From Candidatus Zixiibacteriota bacterium (GTDB lineage: Bacteria; RBG-13-66-14; B26-G2; WVWN01): a stretch of 64,000 nucleotides of DNA. The notes below the pieces were generated by a model that saw only the letters and a program-made list of their open reading frames with translations, searched no databases and had not been told where the DNA came from. Position numbers and translations under genes: made by a program. The stretch spans positions 128,001-192,000 of the forward strand of contig JASFLY010000001.1 in assembly GCA_050117845.1 (NCBI GenBank). Reading direction: 5' to 3'. Positions 1 to 9,064 of the stretch are shown here, in pieces. The stretch's first letter is position 1, and each line of letters starts with the position of its first letter.

Positions 1-402
1 CCGCGTAACGGTCCCGACCTTCGCAGCCGGGAGGCGATTAATGACACGGTCGAGTGCGACCCGGAGTTCGGCCTGGAACCGCTCCAGCGTTTCGAGGCCG
101 GCCTCGGAAATCTCGACGATGACGCGCCGGCGATCGGCCGCGTCCGCCCCGCGGGCGACGAGCCCCGAATCGACCAACGAGTCGACCAACGCCGTCGCCT
201 GAGGAGGGGCGATTCCCAGCGCTTCGCTGAGCCCGGACATACCGAGTGGTCCTCGTTCGTGGAGCAGCGCCAGGACTTGTGCGTGGCGCTCGGGGCAGCC
301 GGTGGCCGCGACCGCGTGGCGAAACGGCAGTACGGCCGAGGCGTGCAACCGGCGGAAGAGTTCGCGGAGCCGGGCGTTGGCGTCTTCGTTTTTCTCAGGC
401 AT
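1..402 (-). CDS. MarR-family transcriptional regulator (runs off the window start)
   Basis: Not in the ORF track. Manual translation from ATG at 402 gives MPEKNEDANARLRELFRRLH...QVLALLHERGPLGMSGLSEALGIAPPQATALVDSLVDSGLVARGADAADRRRVIVEISEAG, a winged HTH with the MarR DRR motif. Preceded by GAGGTG. Confidence 0.88.
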   Translation of the reverse strand, partial: MPEKNEDANARLRELFRRLHASAVLPFRHAVAATGCPERHAQVLALLHERGPLGMSGLSEALGIAPPQATALVDSLVDSGLVARGADAADRRRVIVEISEAGLETLERFQAELRVALDRVINRLPAAKVGTVTR

Positions 403-499
403 ATAGTTCACCTCATCCAATAGTTCGCATATAGAATAGTTAATTATCATAAATTATTACGATAGTCAACAATAAAACGACACCGGCCGTACGGGGCGC

Positions 500-548
500 C
501 GTCAGGTGTTACCACCTGACGACCGGCAGACAGGAATGTCCGCCCCAC
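500..548. repeat. Two adjacent palindromes; the second is REP-like (minus strand GTGG-GGCGGACATTCCTGTCTGCC)
   Basis: CGTCAGGTG-TTAC-CACCTGACG at 500-521 and GGCAGACAGGAATGTCCGCCCCAC at 525-548. Confidence 0.55.
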
Positions 549-558
549 CAAATGAAGC

Positions 559-626
559 GATACCGGCCGCTTCAGCGGCCGGTCCGGTCACCAGCGAAGC
601 GTTAACGGCCGTTTTTAACCGGCCGT
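559..626. repeat. Two-hairpin module (MITE/PATE-like), copy 1
   Basis: GATACCGGCCGC-TTCA-GCGGCCGGT ... AGCGAAGCGTTAACGGCCGTTTTTAACCGGCCGT; near-identical copy at 8981-9047. Confidence 0.8.
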
Positions 627-645
627 ATCCCCGCCCAAGATATCC

Positions 646-671
646 CGGGCCGACCTGAAGGTCGGCCCCTA
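646..671. repeat. REP-like palindrome, copy 1
   Basis: CGGGCCGACC-TGAA-GGTCGGCCCCTA; an identical core occurs at 8948-8974. Confidence 0.8.
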
Positions 672-680
672 AGCTAGCAT

Positions 681-710
681 AAAAAAACGCCGACCTTGCG
701 GCCGGCGTTA
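681..710 (-). terminator. Intrinsic terminator of rpoD
   Basis: Minus strand AACGCCGGCC-GCAA-GGTCGGCGTTTTTTT, about 25 nt after the rpoD stop. Confidence 0.8.
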
Positions 711-734
711 AATTGTATTTCGTTCGCTTTAAGT

Positions 735-2501
735 TTAGAGTTCCAGGAAAGCCTTGACGCGTTTGGCCCGGGTCGGGTGGCGCAGCTTGCGCAACGCCTT
801 GGCCTCGATCTGCCGGACGCGCTCGCGCGTGACGTTGAAGACCGCGCCCACTTCGTCGAGCGTCCGGGTGATGCCGTCGCCCAGACCGAAGCGGTAACGC
901 AGAACCCGTTCCTCGCGCTTAGAGAGCGTCGAAAGGACATCCTCCATTTGCTCGCGCAAAAGGGCGTACGCGGCGGCCTTGGCCGGGCTTATGACCGACT
1001 TGTCCTCGATGAAGTCGCCGAGGTGGCTGTCCTCCTCCTCGCCGATGGGGGTCTCGAGGCTTATGGGCTCCTGGGCTATCTTGAGGACGCGCCGCACCTT
1101 TTCGACGCTCATCTGCATCTTGGCCGCTATCTCCTCGGGGAGGGGTTCCCGGCCGTATTCCTGGATGAGCTGGCGCGAGGCCCGCACGACCTTGCCGATG
1201 GCTTCGATCATGTGGACGGGGATGCGGATGGTCCGCGCTTGGTCCGCGATGGCCCGCGTTATGGCCTGGCGGATCCACCACGTGGCGTAGGTGGAGAACT
1301 TGTAGCCCTTCTTGTAGTCAAACTTGTCCACCGCGCGCATGAGGCCGATGTTCCCCTCCTGAATGAGGTCGAGGAACTGGAGGCCGCCGTTGGTGTACTT
1401 CTTGGCGATGGAGACGACCAGCCGCACGTTGGCCTTGACCAAGCTCATCTTGGCGTCGTACGCCTCCCGTTGGCCGGCCTTAATCTGCCGCACGATGTCC
1501 AGGAACTCGCGGTGGTTCATCTTTATCTTCTGTTCGTGGCGGCGGATGCGGCGGAGGTAATTGTTTACTTCCCGGTCGGCCTCGCGTACGGCCTCGGGCG
1601 TGTACTTCTTGCCGCGCGGCAGTTTCACGCGCTTGGCGCCTTTGGATTTCAGCTCCCGGCACAGCGCCGCGATTTCGCTGCGCTCCATCCGGAAGAAGTC
1701 CTCGATTTGCTCGATGGCCTTAAGATTCTCCAGGATGCGGTCCCGGTAGCCTTCGGCCTTTTCGGCGAAATTATCTATCTGGCTCGTGCTGAAGCGGCAC
1801 TCTTCCAGTTTGGCGACGACCTCGCGCTTGGTGTCGTTTATGGCTTCCTTGTTGCGCTGGTGCGCCGTCGAGCCGGCCCGGCAACGGGCCAGCCTGCTGT
1901 ACGCCCGGTCGAGCTCGCGCCGCAGGCCGGCGACGTGCTCGGCGCTGGCGATTACCTGTGCCGAGAGTTCGCGCTGCTTCCAGAGCGGGAGGCGTCCTTC
2001 GGTATTGACGACCAGGATTTCCTCCATCTTAACGCGACCCTCTTTGACCCGTTTGGCCAGGGCGTCGATTTCGTCGAAGATGAGATAAAGGTAGAAGACG
2101 CCGCGGCGGGCCTTCTGATGGCCTCGCTCTATCTTCTTGGCCAACGCGACCTCGCCCTCGCGGGAGAGAAGGGGCACGCGCCCCATCTCGCGGAGGTAGA
2201 GGCGCACCGGGTCGTCAACGCGGCCCGCAGTGGGCGCGAGCCACGTCTCCGGAGCGGCCGGGCGTTCTTCCTTTTCGGCCTGTTTCGTCGGGACGCCGAC
2301 CTTCGAACCGTCGACGATCTCGATGTCCATTTCGTTGAACATCGTGAGTATGTCGTCTATCTGGTCCGAAAGTACGATATCGTCGGGGAGCGCTTCGTTG
2401 AGCTCCTCGTACGTGAGGTGGCCGCGCTCGCGGCCTTTCTCTATAAGGCCCTCGACGACCTTACGGCCTTCTTTTCCGATTTTTTTCTGGCGGGTTGCCA
2501 T
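735..2501 (-). CDS. rpoD: RNA polymerase primary sigma factor (sigma70)
   Basis: Region 1.1 ([13 protein letters not shown]), [84 protein letters not shown]. Confidence 0.98.
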   Translation of the reverse strand: MATRQKKIGKEGRKVVEGLIEKGRERGHLTYEELNEALPDDIVLSDQIDDILTMFNEMDIEIVDGSKVGVPTKQAEKEERPAAPETWLAPTAGRVDDPVRLYLREMGRVPLLSREGEVALAKKIERGHQKARRGVFYLYLIFDEIDALAKRVKEGRVKMEEILVVNTEGRLPLWKQRELSAQVIASAEHVAGLRRELDRAYSRLARCRAGSTAHQRNKEAINDTKREVVAKLEECRFSTSQIDNFAEKAEGYRDRILENLKAIEQIEDFFRMERSEIAALCRELKSKGAKRVKLPRGKKYTPEAVREADREVNNYLRRIRRHEQKIKMNHREFLDIVRQIKAGQREAYDAKMSLVKANVRLVVSIAKKYTNGGLQFLDLIQEGNIGLMRAVDKFDYKKGYKFSTYATWWIRQAITRAIADQARTIRIPVHMIEAIGKVVRASRQLIQEYGREPLPEEIAAKMQMSVEKVRRVLKIAQEPISLETPIGEEEDSHLGDFIEDKSVISPAKAAAYALLREQMEDVLSTLSKREERVLRYRFGLGDGITRTLDEVGAVFNVTRERVRQIEAKALRKLRHPTRAKRVKAFLEL

Positions 2502-2541
2502 CTATCCTCCTAAAAACAGGGAGGTTACCATATTACTCGAT

Positions 2542-2570
2542 AGTTTAACAGAAAATACAAGCGGAGTCAA
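2542..2570 (-). promoter_or_regulatory. sigma70-type promoter of rpoD
   Basis: TTGACT-17 nt-TAAACT with extended TGn. Confidence 0.6.
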
Positions 2571-2685
2571 ATTTATGGTAAAAAGCATTGGATTTCTGTT
2601 CACCGATGGAAGAAAATAGCGATATTTACTCCATTTGTATCGGCCCCCGCGGCCGAATAGGCCACGAGGGCCCGTCCCGCCTCGT

Positions 2686-2904
2686 TTACATTTCGCCGAT
2701 ACAAAACGGGCAATAGTCAAATCCCTCGCGATAGGCCTCCCGCAACGTATCAGGCTCGAAGGTAACCACGTCGGAGATTAGAATCTCGGGGATGCAACAA
2801 CCGCGTCGCCCCGGGGCCTCTCGCTCCAGGTCGTGAACGACCCTTCCGCGCTTATCGCCGACGTATCGACGGCCGTAAAACGGCGGATCTCCGCGCCGTA
2901 CCAT
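2686..2904 (-). CDS. Small Cys/His-containing hypothetical protein (Ada metal-binding-like pattern)
   Basis: 72 aa; strong SD AAGGAGGGAG and its own promoter; motif YVGDK..VVH...CC...EGFDYCPFC. Confidence 0.72.
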   Translation of the reverse strand: MVRRGDPPFYGRRYVGDKRGRVVHDLEREAPGRRGCCIPEILISDVVTFEPDTLREAYREGFDYCPFCIGEM

Positions 2905-2943
2905 TTCGCTCCCTCCTTTCTTTATAGCCCATCGCCCCCTTAA

Positions 2944-2972
2944 ATTATAGCCGAAAAATAAAAACGGGTCAA
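2944..2972 (-). promoter_or_regulatory. sigma70-type promoter of the 72-aa gene
   Basis: TTGACC-17 nt-TATAAT. Confidence 0.7.
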
Positions 2973-3070
2973 AACAAACGCTATAAATTATTAATAATTA
3001 AGTGGTTTCGCCGTAAACCCGGTATAAATGGACCTTACATATTTATACGGCCTATCCGGACGCCCCCGCC

Positions 3071-3604
3071 TTAAACGCCGCGCCGCCGTACCGCCGCCAG
3101 GATTTCCCGGAACCATTCACGGCTGCTGTATCGGGCAAGGTCCGGGTCGACCGACGCGACGGCCACGAAGGAAGCCGGCGAGAGAGACATGGCCGTCTCG
3201 AACAACGCCCGGCACTTCTCCTCGTCGGCTCGTTCCGCCCAATAGCAGGCGGCGTTGTAAAATACGCGGAAATCGGTAGGTGCGAGGCCGATAGCCCGAT
3301 CGAAGTCGGACTCCGCGCCCGGCTCGTCCCCCAACCGATGCAGACACATAGCTCGCGTCGTATGGGCAACCGCGTCGTTGCTATCCAATCTTATTGCGAT
3401 TTCGCTATGTGCTAACGCATCACCCGGGCGGCCTAGTTGTAATAGGCACAACGCCCGGGCGCAATAAGTCCGACCCTGTTCGGGGTCTAAAGTTAACGAC
3501 CTCTCGATCAACGCCAACGCTTCGTCGTAATCGCCGCGGAAGAAGTAGTCAACCGCGTGTTGCGTTAGCGCCGCCGCCTCCCTTTTATCATCTTCTTTGC
3601 CCAT
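3071..3604 (-). CDS. TPR protein with C-terminal YNxAC...DPDL motif (paralogue 1)
   Basis: Three to four TPR repeats; FYNAACYWA...VDPDLARY...WFREI. Confidence 0.85.
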   Translation of the reverse strand: MGKEDDKREAAALTQHAVDYFFRGDYDEALALIERSLTLDPEQGRTYCARALCLLQLGRPGDALAHSEIAIRLDSNDAVAHTTRAMCLHRLGDEPGAESDFDRAIGLAPTDFRVFYNAACYWAERADEEKCRALFETAMSLSPASFVAVASVDPDLARYSSREWFREILAAVRRRGV

Positions 3605-3626
3605 AGCCCACTCCCATTACCCAATT

Positions 3627-3655
3627 ATTATAGCACAAAAAACGGCCATTGACAA
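3627..3655 (-). promoter_or_regulatory. sigma70-type promoter of TPR paralogue 1
   Basis: TTGTCA-17 nt-TATAAT with extended TGn. Confidence 0.7.
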
Positions 3656-3726
3656 ATAATGGCAGCTTACAATACAGCAATTGGTTACCGTAAAGGGGAC
3701 GTAAGCTCGGCCGCAACGACCCGGCT

Positions 3727-5475
3727 TTAACGGGTATCGTTCGATTTCAGATGTCGTCGTTTCTCCTCAACCAATTCACGGATCGCCGGGGCGGCCTCTT
3801 CGTAATCGTCTCCGGCCGCGGCGAGCTCTTCCCGTACGACCCGGGCGCGCCGGGCCAATGCACGTTGCTTCAACGCCTTAACCGCCAGCCGAGCCGCGAG
3901 CGCGGCGTCCTCTTCCCGGATCTCCACCAACGCCAAACGCGTCACCATTCCGGCGTCGACCTCGTCCAATTCGTCCAGGAGTTCCACCGCGGAAAAAGCG
4001 CCTTTCTTCGCGAGCTTCGCGCATACCCGCAGGACCCGCCCGACCTGTTCGTCCTCGATATCGTCCGGGGATATCTCGGCCATGCACTCGGCGGCCACCT
4101 CCGGCCGCTGGACGATCACGCGCAACAGGTTATGTTCCGTGCCGGGACGGCCGGCCGACGCGCCGCCCGTGTCCGGCCGTCCCCGCTGGCCGGCAACTTC
4201 GACGGACGATACCGGGATACCAAGACGTTCGGCGATACGGCGCCGCCAGTACGTTCGCTCCATTTCGTCAGGGATAATTTTCAGTAAAGGTCCGGCCTCG
4301 CGGATAACGGCGAGCTCCGCCCCGACGTTATCCCCCACGTGTTCCCGCCGGGCCATCTCTATCAGGAAATCGGGCCAGTCGGCCGCGGCTCCGACGGCGT
4401 CGGCGGCCGCTTCGGCCCCTTCCATCGCGACGTCAAAGGGGTCGCGGCCGGCCGGGAGTATCCCCACCCGGACCCGGCGGGCTCCCGCCGGGAGTAGGGC
4501 CGCCACCGCCCGGCGGGCCGCGCGCACGCCGGCGTCGTCGCCGTCGAACAATAGGACGAAATCCTGGGCGTGACGCGAGAGGATGCGGGCGCCCTCTTCG
4601 GCCAGCGCCGTCCCGCACGTCGCTACGACGTTCTCGATCCCCACCTGATACAGGCCCAGGAGGTCGAGGTACCCCTCGACGACGACGCAGGCGCCGGCCT
4701 TCGAAATGGCCGCGCGGTTATGGGAGAGGCCGTAAAGGGTGGCGCTTTTATTGTAGAGTGGGGTGTTGGAGGAGTTTAGATACTTGGGCTCTTCGGCGTC
4801 GTCCAGGACCCGGCCGCCGAACGCCACCACCTTGCCGGAGGCGTTCCGTATCGGGAACACTACCCGGCCGCGGAAGCGGTCGTAGTAGCCGCCGCCGCTT
4901 TTGGAGGGCACGGCCAGGCCGGCCTCGGCCACCTGGGCCGGCTCGAAACCGGCGCGGGTGGCGCGCTTGAGAAATTCGTCCCAACTGTGGGGCGCGAGGC
5001 CGAGTTTCCACTCGTCCACGGTCTCGTCGGTCAGCCCCCGGCGCCGCAGGTATTCCCGGGCTCGGGCGGCGTATTCGCCGGAAGACCGGAGGGTCTCGTA
5101 ATAGAACTTGGCCGCCTCGACGACGACGACCCCCAAACGATCCCGGCGGCTTTCGTCGGGCGTGCTCCGGCCGCCGGCCTGAAGCTTTATCCCCGCCCGC
5201 CGAGCGAGTTCCCGCAGGGCCTCGCCGAAGGTCAGGCCCTCCATCCTCATGACGAAATTGAATACGTTACCCCCCTCGCCGCATCCGAAGCAATAATACA
5301 ACTGCTTCGAGGGCGACACCGTCATGGAAGGTTTGGTATCGGAGTGGAAGGGGCAAACGCCCTTGAGGTTTTCCCCGGCGGGGGTCAGCGCGACGTACTG
5401 GCCGATTATCGCGACGATGTCCGTCGCTTCCCGAACCCGCTCTACGTCCCCGTAACCCCGCTCTTTCCCGGCCAC
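3727..5475 (-). CDS. dnaG: DNA primase
   Basis: CHC2 zinc finger CPFH...CFGC, YYDRFRGRVVFPI, KYLNS, TOPRIM EGYLD and FDGDDAG; GTG start. Confidence 0.97.
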   Translation of the reverse strand: MAGKERGYGDVERVREATDIVAIIGQYVALTPAGENLKGVCPFHSDTKPSMTVSPSKQLYYCFGCGEGGNVFNFVMRMEGLTFGEALRELARRAGIKLQAGGRSTPDESRRDRLGVVVVEAAKFYYETLRSSGEYAARAREYLRRRGLTDETVDEWKLGLAPHSWDEFLKRATRAGFEPAQVAEAGLAVPSKSGGGYYDRFRGRVVFPIRNASGKVVAFGGRVLDDAEEPKYLNSSNTPLYNKSATLYGLSHNRAAISKAGACVVVEGYLDLLGLYQVGIENVVATCGTALAEEGARILSRHAQDFVLLFDGDDAGVRAARRAVAALLPAGARRVRVGILPAGRDPFDVAMEGAEAAADAVGAAADWPDFLIEMARREHVGDNVGAELAVIREAGPLLKIIPDEMERTYWRRRIAERLGIPVSSVEVAGQRGRPDTGGASAGRPGTEHNLLRVIVQRPEVAAECMAEISPDDIEDEQVGRVLRVCAKLAKKGAFSAVELLDELDEVDAGMVTRLALVEIREEDAALAARLAVKALKQRALARRARVVREELAAAGDDYEEAAPAIRELVEEKRRHLKSNDTR

Positions 5476-5477
5476 CG

Positions 5478-6260
5478 TTAGTCCTCGCGTATCTGAATCC
5501 GTTCAATCCCCCGGGCGAAGCCCGTCTGCTCGTCCACGTCCACTACGGCCGCACACAAAATGCCGGGGCCGTTAGCCGGCTTGAAACGAGCGGGCATCCG
5601 CGAAATGAAACGGCGTAGTACCGGAGCGGCGTCAGTGCCTATTACGCCGCCGGTGGGGCCGGTCATGCCTACGTCGGTGATGTACGCCGTTCCCTGCGGC
5701 AGGACCTGCGCGTCGGCGGTCTGGACGTGGGTGTGCGTGCCTATTAGCGCCGTGACGCGGCCGTCCAGGTGTCGGGCCATTGCCTCTTTCTCGGACGTGG
5801 CCTCGGCGTGGAAATCGATGAGGACCACGTCGGCCCGCCGGGAAACCACCTCGAGCGCGGCGTCGAGGGCCCTAAAAGGACAATCCACGGCGTCCATGAA
5901 TACCCGCCCCAGCGCGTTGATGACGGCGACGTTCACGCCCTCGGGCGTCTTGGCGACGAACCATCCCCGCCCCGGGACGCCCGGCGGGAAATTGACCGGC
6001 CGCACGAGCGCGGGCATCTCGTTCATCGCGCCCGCGGTCTCCCGGTTCGCGAAAATATGATTGCCGGAAGTCGCGACGTCGACGCCGGCGTCGATTACAC
6101 GTGATAAGGTATCCGGCGTGACGCCGGCGCCGCCGGCCACGTTCTCGACGTTGGCCACGACGAGCGACGTTTCGTACTCGGCCTTCAACTCCGCCGTCCG
6201 CTCTTCCACCAGCCGTCGGCCCGTCGAGCCTACGATATCACCGATAAACAGTATTTTCAT
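5478..6260 (-). CDS. ymdB: YmdB-family metallophosphoesterase
   Basis: LFIGDIVG, NVENVAGG, SGNH, DFHAEATSEK, GTHTHVQTAD, TDVGMTG. Confidence 0.95.
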   Translation of the reverse strand: MKILFIGDIVGSTGRRLVEERTAELKAEYETSLVVANVENVAGGAGVTPDTLSRVIDAGVDVATSGNHIFANRETAGAMNEMPALVRPVNFPPGVPGRGWFVAKTPEGVNVAVINALGRVFMDAVDCPFRALDAALEVVSRRADVVLIDFHAEATSEKEAMARHLDGRVTALIGTHTHVQTADAQVLPQGTAYITDVGMTGPTGGVIGTDAAPVLRRFISRMPARFKPANGPGILCAAVVDVDEQTGFARGIERIQIRED

Positions 6261-6282
6261 AGGGTTTTTTCCTGGCGCGTTC

Positions 6283-6837
6283 TCAGCCGCCGGCGGCTTT
6301 GGTCTTCACTTCGGCCACGAGGTCCCGGAACCATTCCATCCGGTTGTACCGGGCGAGGTCGGGATCCTGGGCCGCTATCTCGACGAAGCCGGCGCTACTC
6401 AGCTCGAAGGCGTAACGGAGATACTCCCGACACTTCTCCTCGTCGCCCTGTTCGGCGCAAAAACAAGCGAAATTGTAGTAAACCCGGAAATCGTCGGGGG
6501 CCAACTCGAGCGCCCGCTGGTAATCCACGACGGCGCCTTTGACGTCTCCCATGCGGCGCCGACAGAGGGCCCGGGCGGTGTACGCCGTCCCGTAGTGGTC
6601 ATCCAACGCGATCGCTTTCTCGGCCAAACGCTGCCCCGCCGCCGGGTCTCCCAATTGCGCCATGCACATCGCCTTGGCGACGTAGGCCCTAACCAGGCCG
6701 GGGTCCATCTCGAGCGCTTCGTCGAAGAAGACGAGCGCCTTTTCGAAGTGGCCGCGAAAGAATAACTCCACGCCTTGTTGCACGAGCGTCCCGGCCCGAC
6801 GGCGCCGCTCGACGTGGGGTATTTGTTGTTCCACCAT
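6283..6837 (-). CDS. TPR protein (paralogue 2)
   Basis: Collinear with 3071-3604: FFRG, LAPDDFRVYYNFAC, DEEKCR, DPDLARY, EWFR. Confidence 0.87.
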   Translation of the reverse strand: MVEQQIPHVERRRRAGTLVQQGVELFFRGHFEKALVFFDEALEMDPGLVRAYVAKAMCMAQLGDPAAGQRLAEKAIALDDHYGTAYTARALCRRRMGDVKGAVVDYQRALELAPDDFRVYYNFACFCAEQGDEEKCREYLRYAFELSSAGFVEIAAQDPDLARYNRMEWFRDLVAEVKTKAAGG

Positions 6838-7031
6838 AGCGCTCCCCGTTTATAACATATCGGGCCCCGGTTTCAAAACGAATTCCCACAACCGGGGGGC
6901 CCGCTGTCACGAGTTGGACTCGTCCGGCCTAATTCGAACCTTTTTGACCCGTCCCGCCGGGTTGACTGGGCCTTGGCCGCTGTTACAAATAGACAGCCAA
7001 GTACGAAACCAGTCACGGCCGAGTTCCGATC

Positions 7032-8201
7032 ATGAAAATAATTACATTCAAACGTCAGATAGAAATCGCCGGGTCGACGGTCAAGGCCGGGGAACCGGTT
7101 CTTCTACCGGACGGCACGGCCGCCAGGTTAACGGCCGACTACTTCGACCTCGTCGATATCACTCCGGTCGATTCGTATTACAACAGGTACGCAGGTCAAG
7201 CGTTGGACGGCCGGTCACTCCTGCTAGTCCGTAACGGCGGCTTCGGCGACTTGCTCTTCCTCACCCCGCTTTTCCGTTATCTGGACGAGAAATACCGTAA
7301 CGCGAATCTCGCGGTCGTTTGCGGCCGACGGTACCACGCAACGTTACTCCATAACCGCAACATAAGGCGGATATATTCCTACCCGGTTAAGCTCTCCGAT
7401 TTCGTTTCGTACGATTACCACCTCTTCTTTGAGGGAACGCTGGAGACAAGCACAGACCCTGATTACCACGCCGTGGACCTTATGGCCGGCCACGCCGGCG
7501 TAACCGACGTCGGCGACCGCCGCCTCGTCTTCAAGGCCGAACCGGCACTCGTTCGGAAGGCCGGGAACATCCTGCGCCACGACCTCGGCGTTAAGTCGGA
7601 CGACACGAAAGTGGCCCTTCACATCCGCGCTTCGTCCCCGGTAAGAACTTACCCCCTCGAACACAGCCTTACCGTCGCGGCCGCTCTGGGTGCCGCCGGC
7701 GCCCGCGTTTTTCTTTTGGGAGCCCCCGGCGACTGGGCGAAAACCGTCGGCCGCAAACTCCCGGCGTCTATAGAAATCGAGAACGTCGACAACCTCTGCG
7801 GCCGCTTCCGCACCATAAGCCATACCGCGGCTTTCCTTTCCAAGATGGACCTGCTTATTGGCCCTGACTCGTCACTCGTGCATTTCGCCGGGGCGCTCGG
7901 CATCCCGACTGTCGCTCTCTACGGCCCCTTCCCCGGCACCGTACGAACGCGGTACTATCCCCGGTGCGTAACGTTGGAGGGACGTTCCGCCCGGGGGCCG
8001 GGGGACGAGGAATGCGCGCCCTGCTTCGTCCACGGCTCTCGTCCTTGCCCTAAAGCGGGAGAGGATGGCGTGAGCCCGTGTCTTCGCAACATTGAGCCGG
8101 AGGAAGTCATCCGCACAGCCTTAGCCGTATTGGTCGGAGGGAGGGGGAAAAACAATACGAACGCGAAGCGAATGCCCGCTATGTCGTGCGCCGGCAGATG
8201 A
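7032..8201 (+). CDS. Glycosyltransferase family 9 (heptosyltransferase-like)
   Basis: RNGGFGDLLFLTP, IGPDSSLVHFAGALGIPTVALYGP, C-terminal CAPC..CP..CL. Confidence 0.9.
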   Translation: MKIITFKRQIEIAGSTVKAGEPVLLPDGTAARLTADYFDLVDITPVDSYYNRYAGQALDGRSLLLVRNGGFGDLLFLTPLFRYLDEKYRNANLAVVCGRRYHATLLHNRNIRRIYSYPVKLSDFVSYDYHLFFEGTLETSTDPDYHAVDLMAGHAGVTDVGDRRLVFKAEPALVRKAGNILRHDLGVKSDDTKVALHIRASSPVRTYPLEHSLTVAAALGAAGARVFLLGAPGDWAKTVGRKLPASIEIENVDNLCGRFRTISHTAAFLSKMDLLIGPDSSLVHFAGALGIPTVALYGPFPGTVRTRYYPRCVTLEGRSARGPGDEECAPCFVHGSRPCPKAGEDGVSPCLRNIEPEEVIRTALAVLVGGRGKNNTNAKRMPAMSCAGR

Positions 8202-8907
8202 AGCCCGGCCGTACATACTGACCCGCAACGGGTACAACCTCTATCAATGCCCCCGGTGCAGCCTTATTTTCGGGCGGGGAATCCTGGATGAAGACCGTAT
8301 CTATAGTATTTACGACGAGGCGTACGCGTGCCGGTACGAACAACCCAAGCTAGTAGAACAGAACCGGCGGTACGCCGACCGGTTCTTCGGGGACCGGCCC
8401 CGTGGCCGATTGCTCGAAGTCGGTTGCGGCACCGGCCAATTCCTGCGCCGCCTAAACGAACTCGGCTTCGAAACTTACGGCGCCGAAGTGAGCCCCGCGT
8501 TGGCCTCGTACGCCCGCGACCTGACCGTCCACGTCGGCCCGTTCGAGAAGATGCCATCGATATGGCGGCCGGCGTGGTTCGACTACGTCGTTACGTTTCA
8601 CATCCTCGAACACCTCGTCGAGCCCGTCCCGGCCGTCGTGAAAATCGCCCGGCTCCTCAAACCGGGCGGCATGTGGTTCAATTATATGCCGAACGTACGG
8701 GCGCGACACAACCAACCACCCAATCCAAAATGGTATCATTTCAATCCGGGCAACCCGGAAGAGCATATAAACTTTTTCGATTCCGACACGATTAGGTTAT
8801 TGGCGGAAAAGGCCGGCCTCGAAGTATACGCGGAGGGAGCCGAGAACGACGACTTCTGGATCGAGGCCCGGCCTACCGCCGCCGTGCCGTCAGGGGTTGC
8901 CGCCTGA
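8155..8907 (+). CDS. Class I SAM methyltransferase with N-terminal zinc ribbon (start uncertain)
   Basis: LLEVGCGTG and FHILEHL. The frame stays open upstream to a stop at 8122-8124 and encodes CPLC...CPRC. No ATG/GTG/TTG precedes this part; an ATA at 8155 follows GGAGGGAGG. Confidence 0.75.
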   Translation: MRTRSECPLCRAPADEARPYILTRNGYNLYQCPRCSLIFGRGILDEDRIYSIYDEAYACRYEQPKLVEQNRRYADRFFGDRPRGRLLEVGCGTGQFLRRLNELGFETYGAEVSPALASYARDLTVHVGPFEKMPSIWRPAWFDYVVTFHILEHLVEPVPAVVKIARLLKPGGMWFNYMPNVRARHNQPPNPKWYHFNPGNPEEHINFFDSDTIRLLAEKAGLEVYAEGAENDDFWIEARPTAAVPSGVAA

Positions 8908-8947
8908 CGGCGGGGTATTGTACGGAAGCCATTAGTGCCCGTATCCT

Positions 8948-8974
8948 CGGGCCGACCTGAAGGTCGGCCCCTAC
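8948..8974. repeat. REP-like palindrome, copy 2 (GTAG-GGGCCGACCTTCAGGTCGGCCC on minus)
   Basis: Matches 646-671 and has the GTAG tetranucleotide foot typical of REPs. Confidence 0.8.
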
Positions 8975-8980
8975 ATAAAA

Positions 8981-9047
8981 GATACCGGCCGCCTAAGCGG
9001 CCGGTATTTTACAAGCGAAGCGTTAACCGCCGGTTTTAACCGGCGGT
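8981..9047. repeat. Two-hairpin module, copy 2 (may also act as terminator between convergent genes)
   Basis: GATACCGGCCGC-CTAA-GCGGCCGGT ... AGCGAAGCGTTAACCGCCGGTTTTAACCGGCGGT. Confidence 0.8.
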
Positions 9048-9064
9048 TGTTTCTATAGCGAGCC

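Noticed and set aside
436..457. Imperfect palindrome as a MarR operator
   Set aside because: Only 16 of 22 positions are symmetric in an AT-rich tract; plausible but not supportable.
500..710. Hairpin cluster as a CRISPR array
   Set aside because: The palindromes differ from one another, there is no repeat-spacer periodicity, and no cas genes are present.
696..2513. 605-aa plus-strand ORF (and similar long antisense ORFs over ftsH, the mutases, pgpH and the amidohydrolase)
   Set aside because: Antisense shadows of well-conserved genes, expected in high-GC codon usage; no motifs of their own.
8140..8152. -1 programmed frameshift at G GGA AAA joining GT9 and the methyltransferase
   Set aside because: The methyltransferase is in the +1 frame relative to GT9, so a -1 shift would not fuse them.
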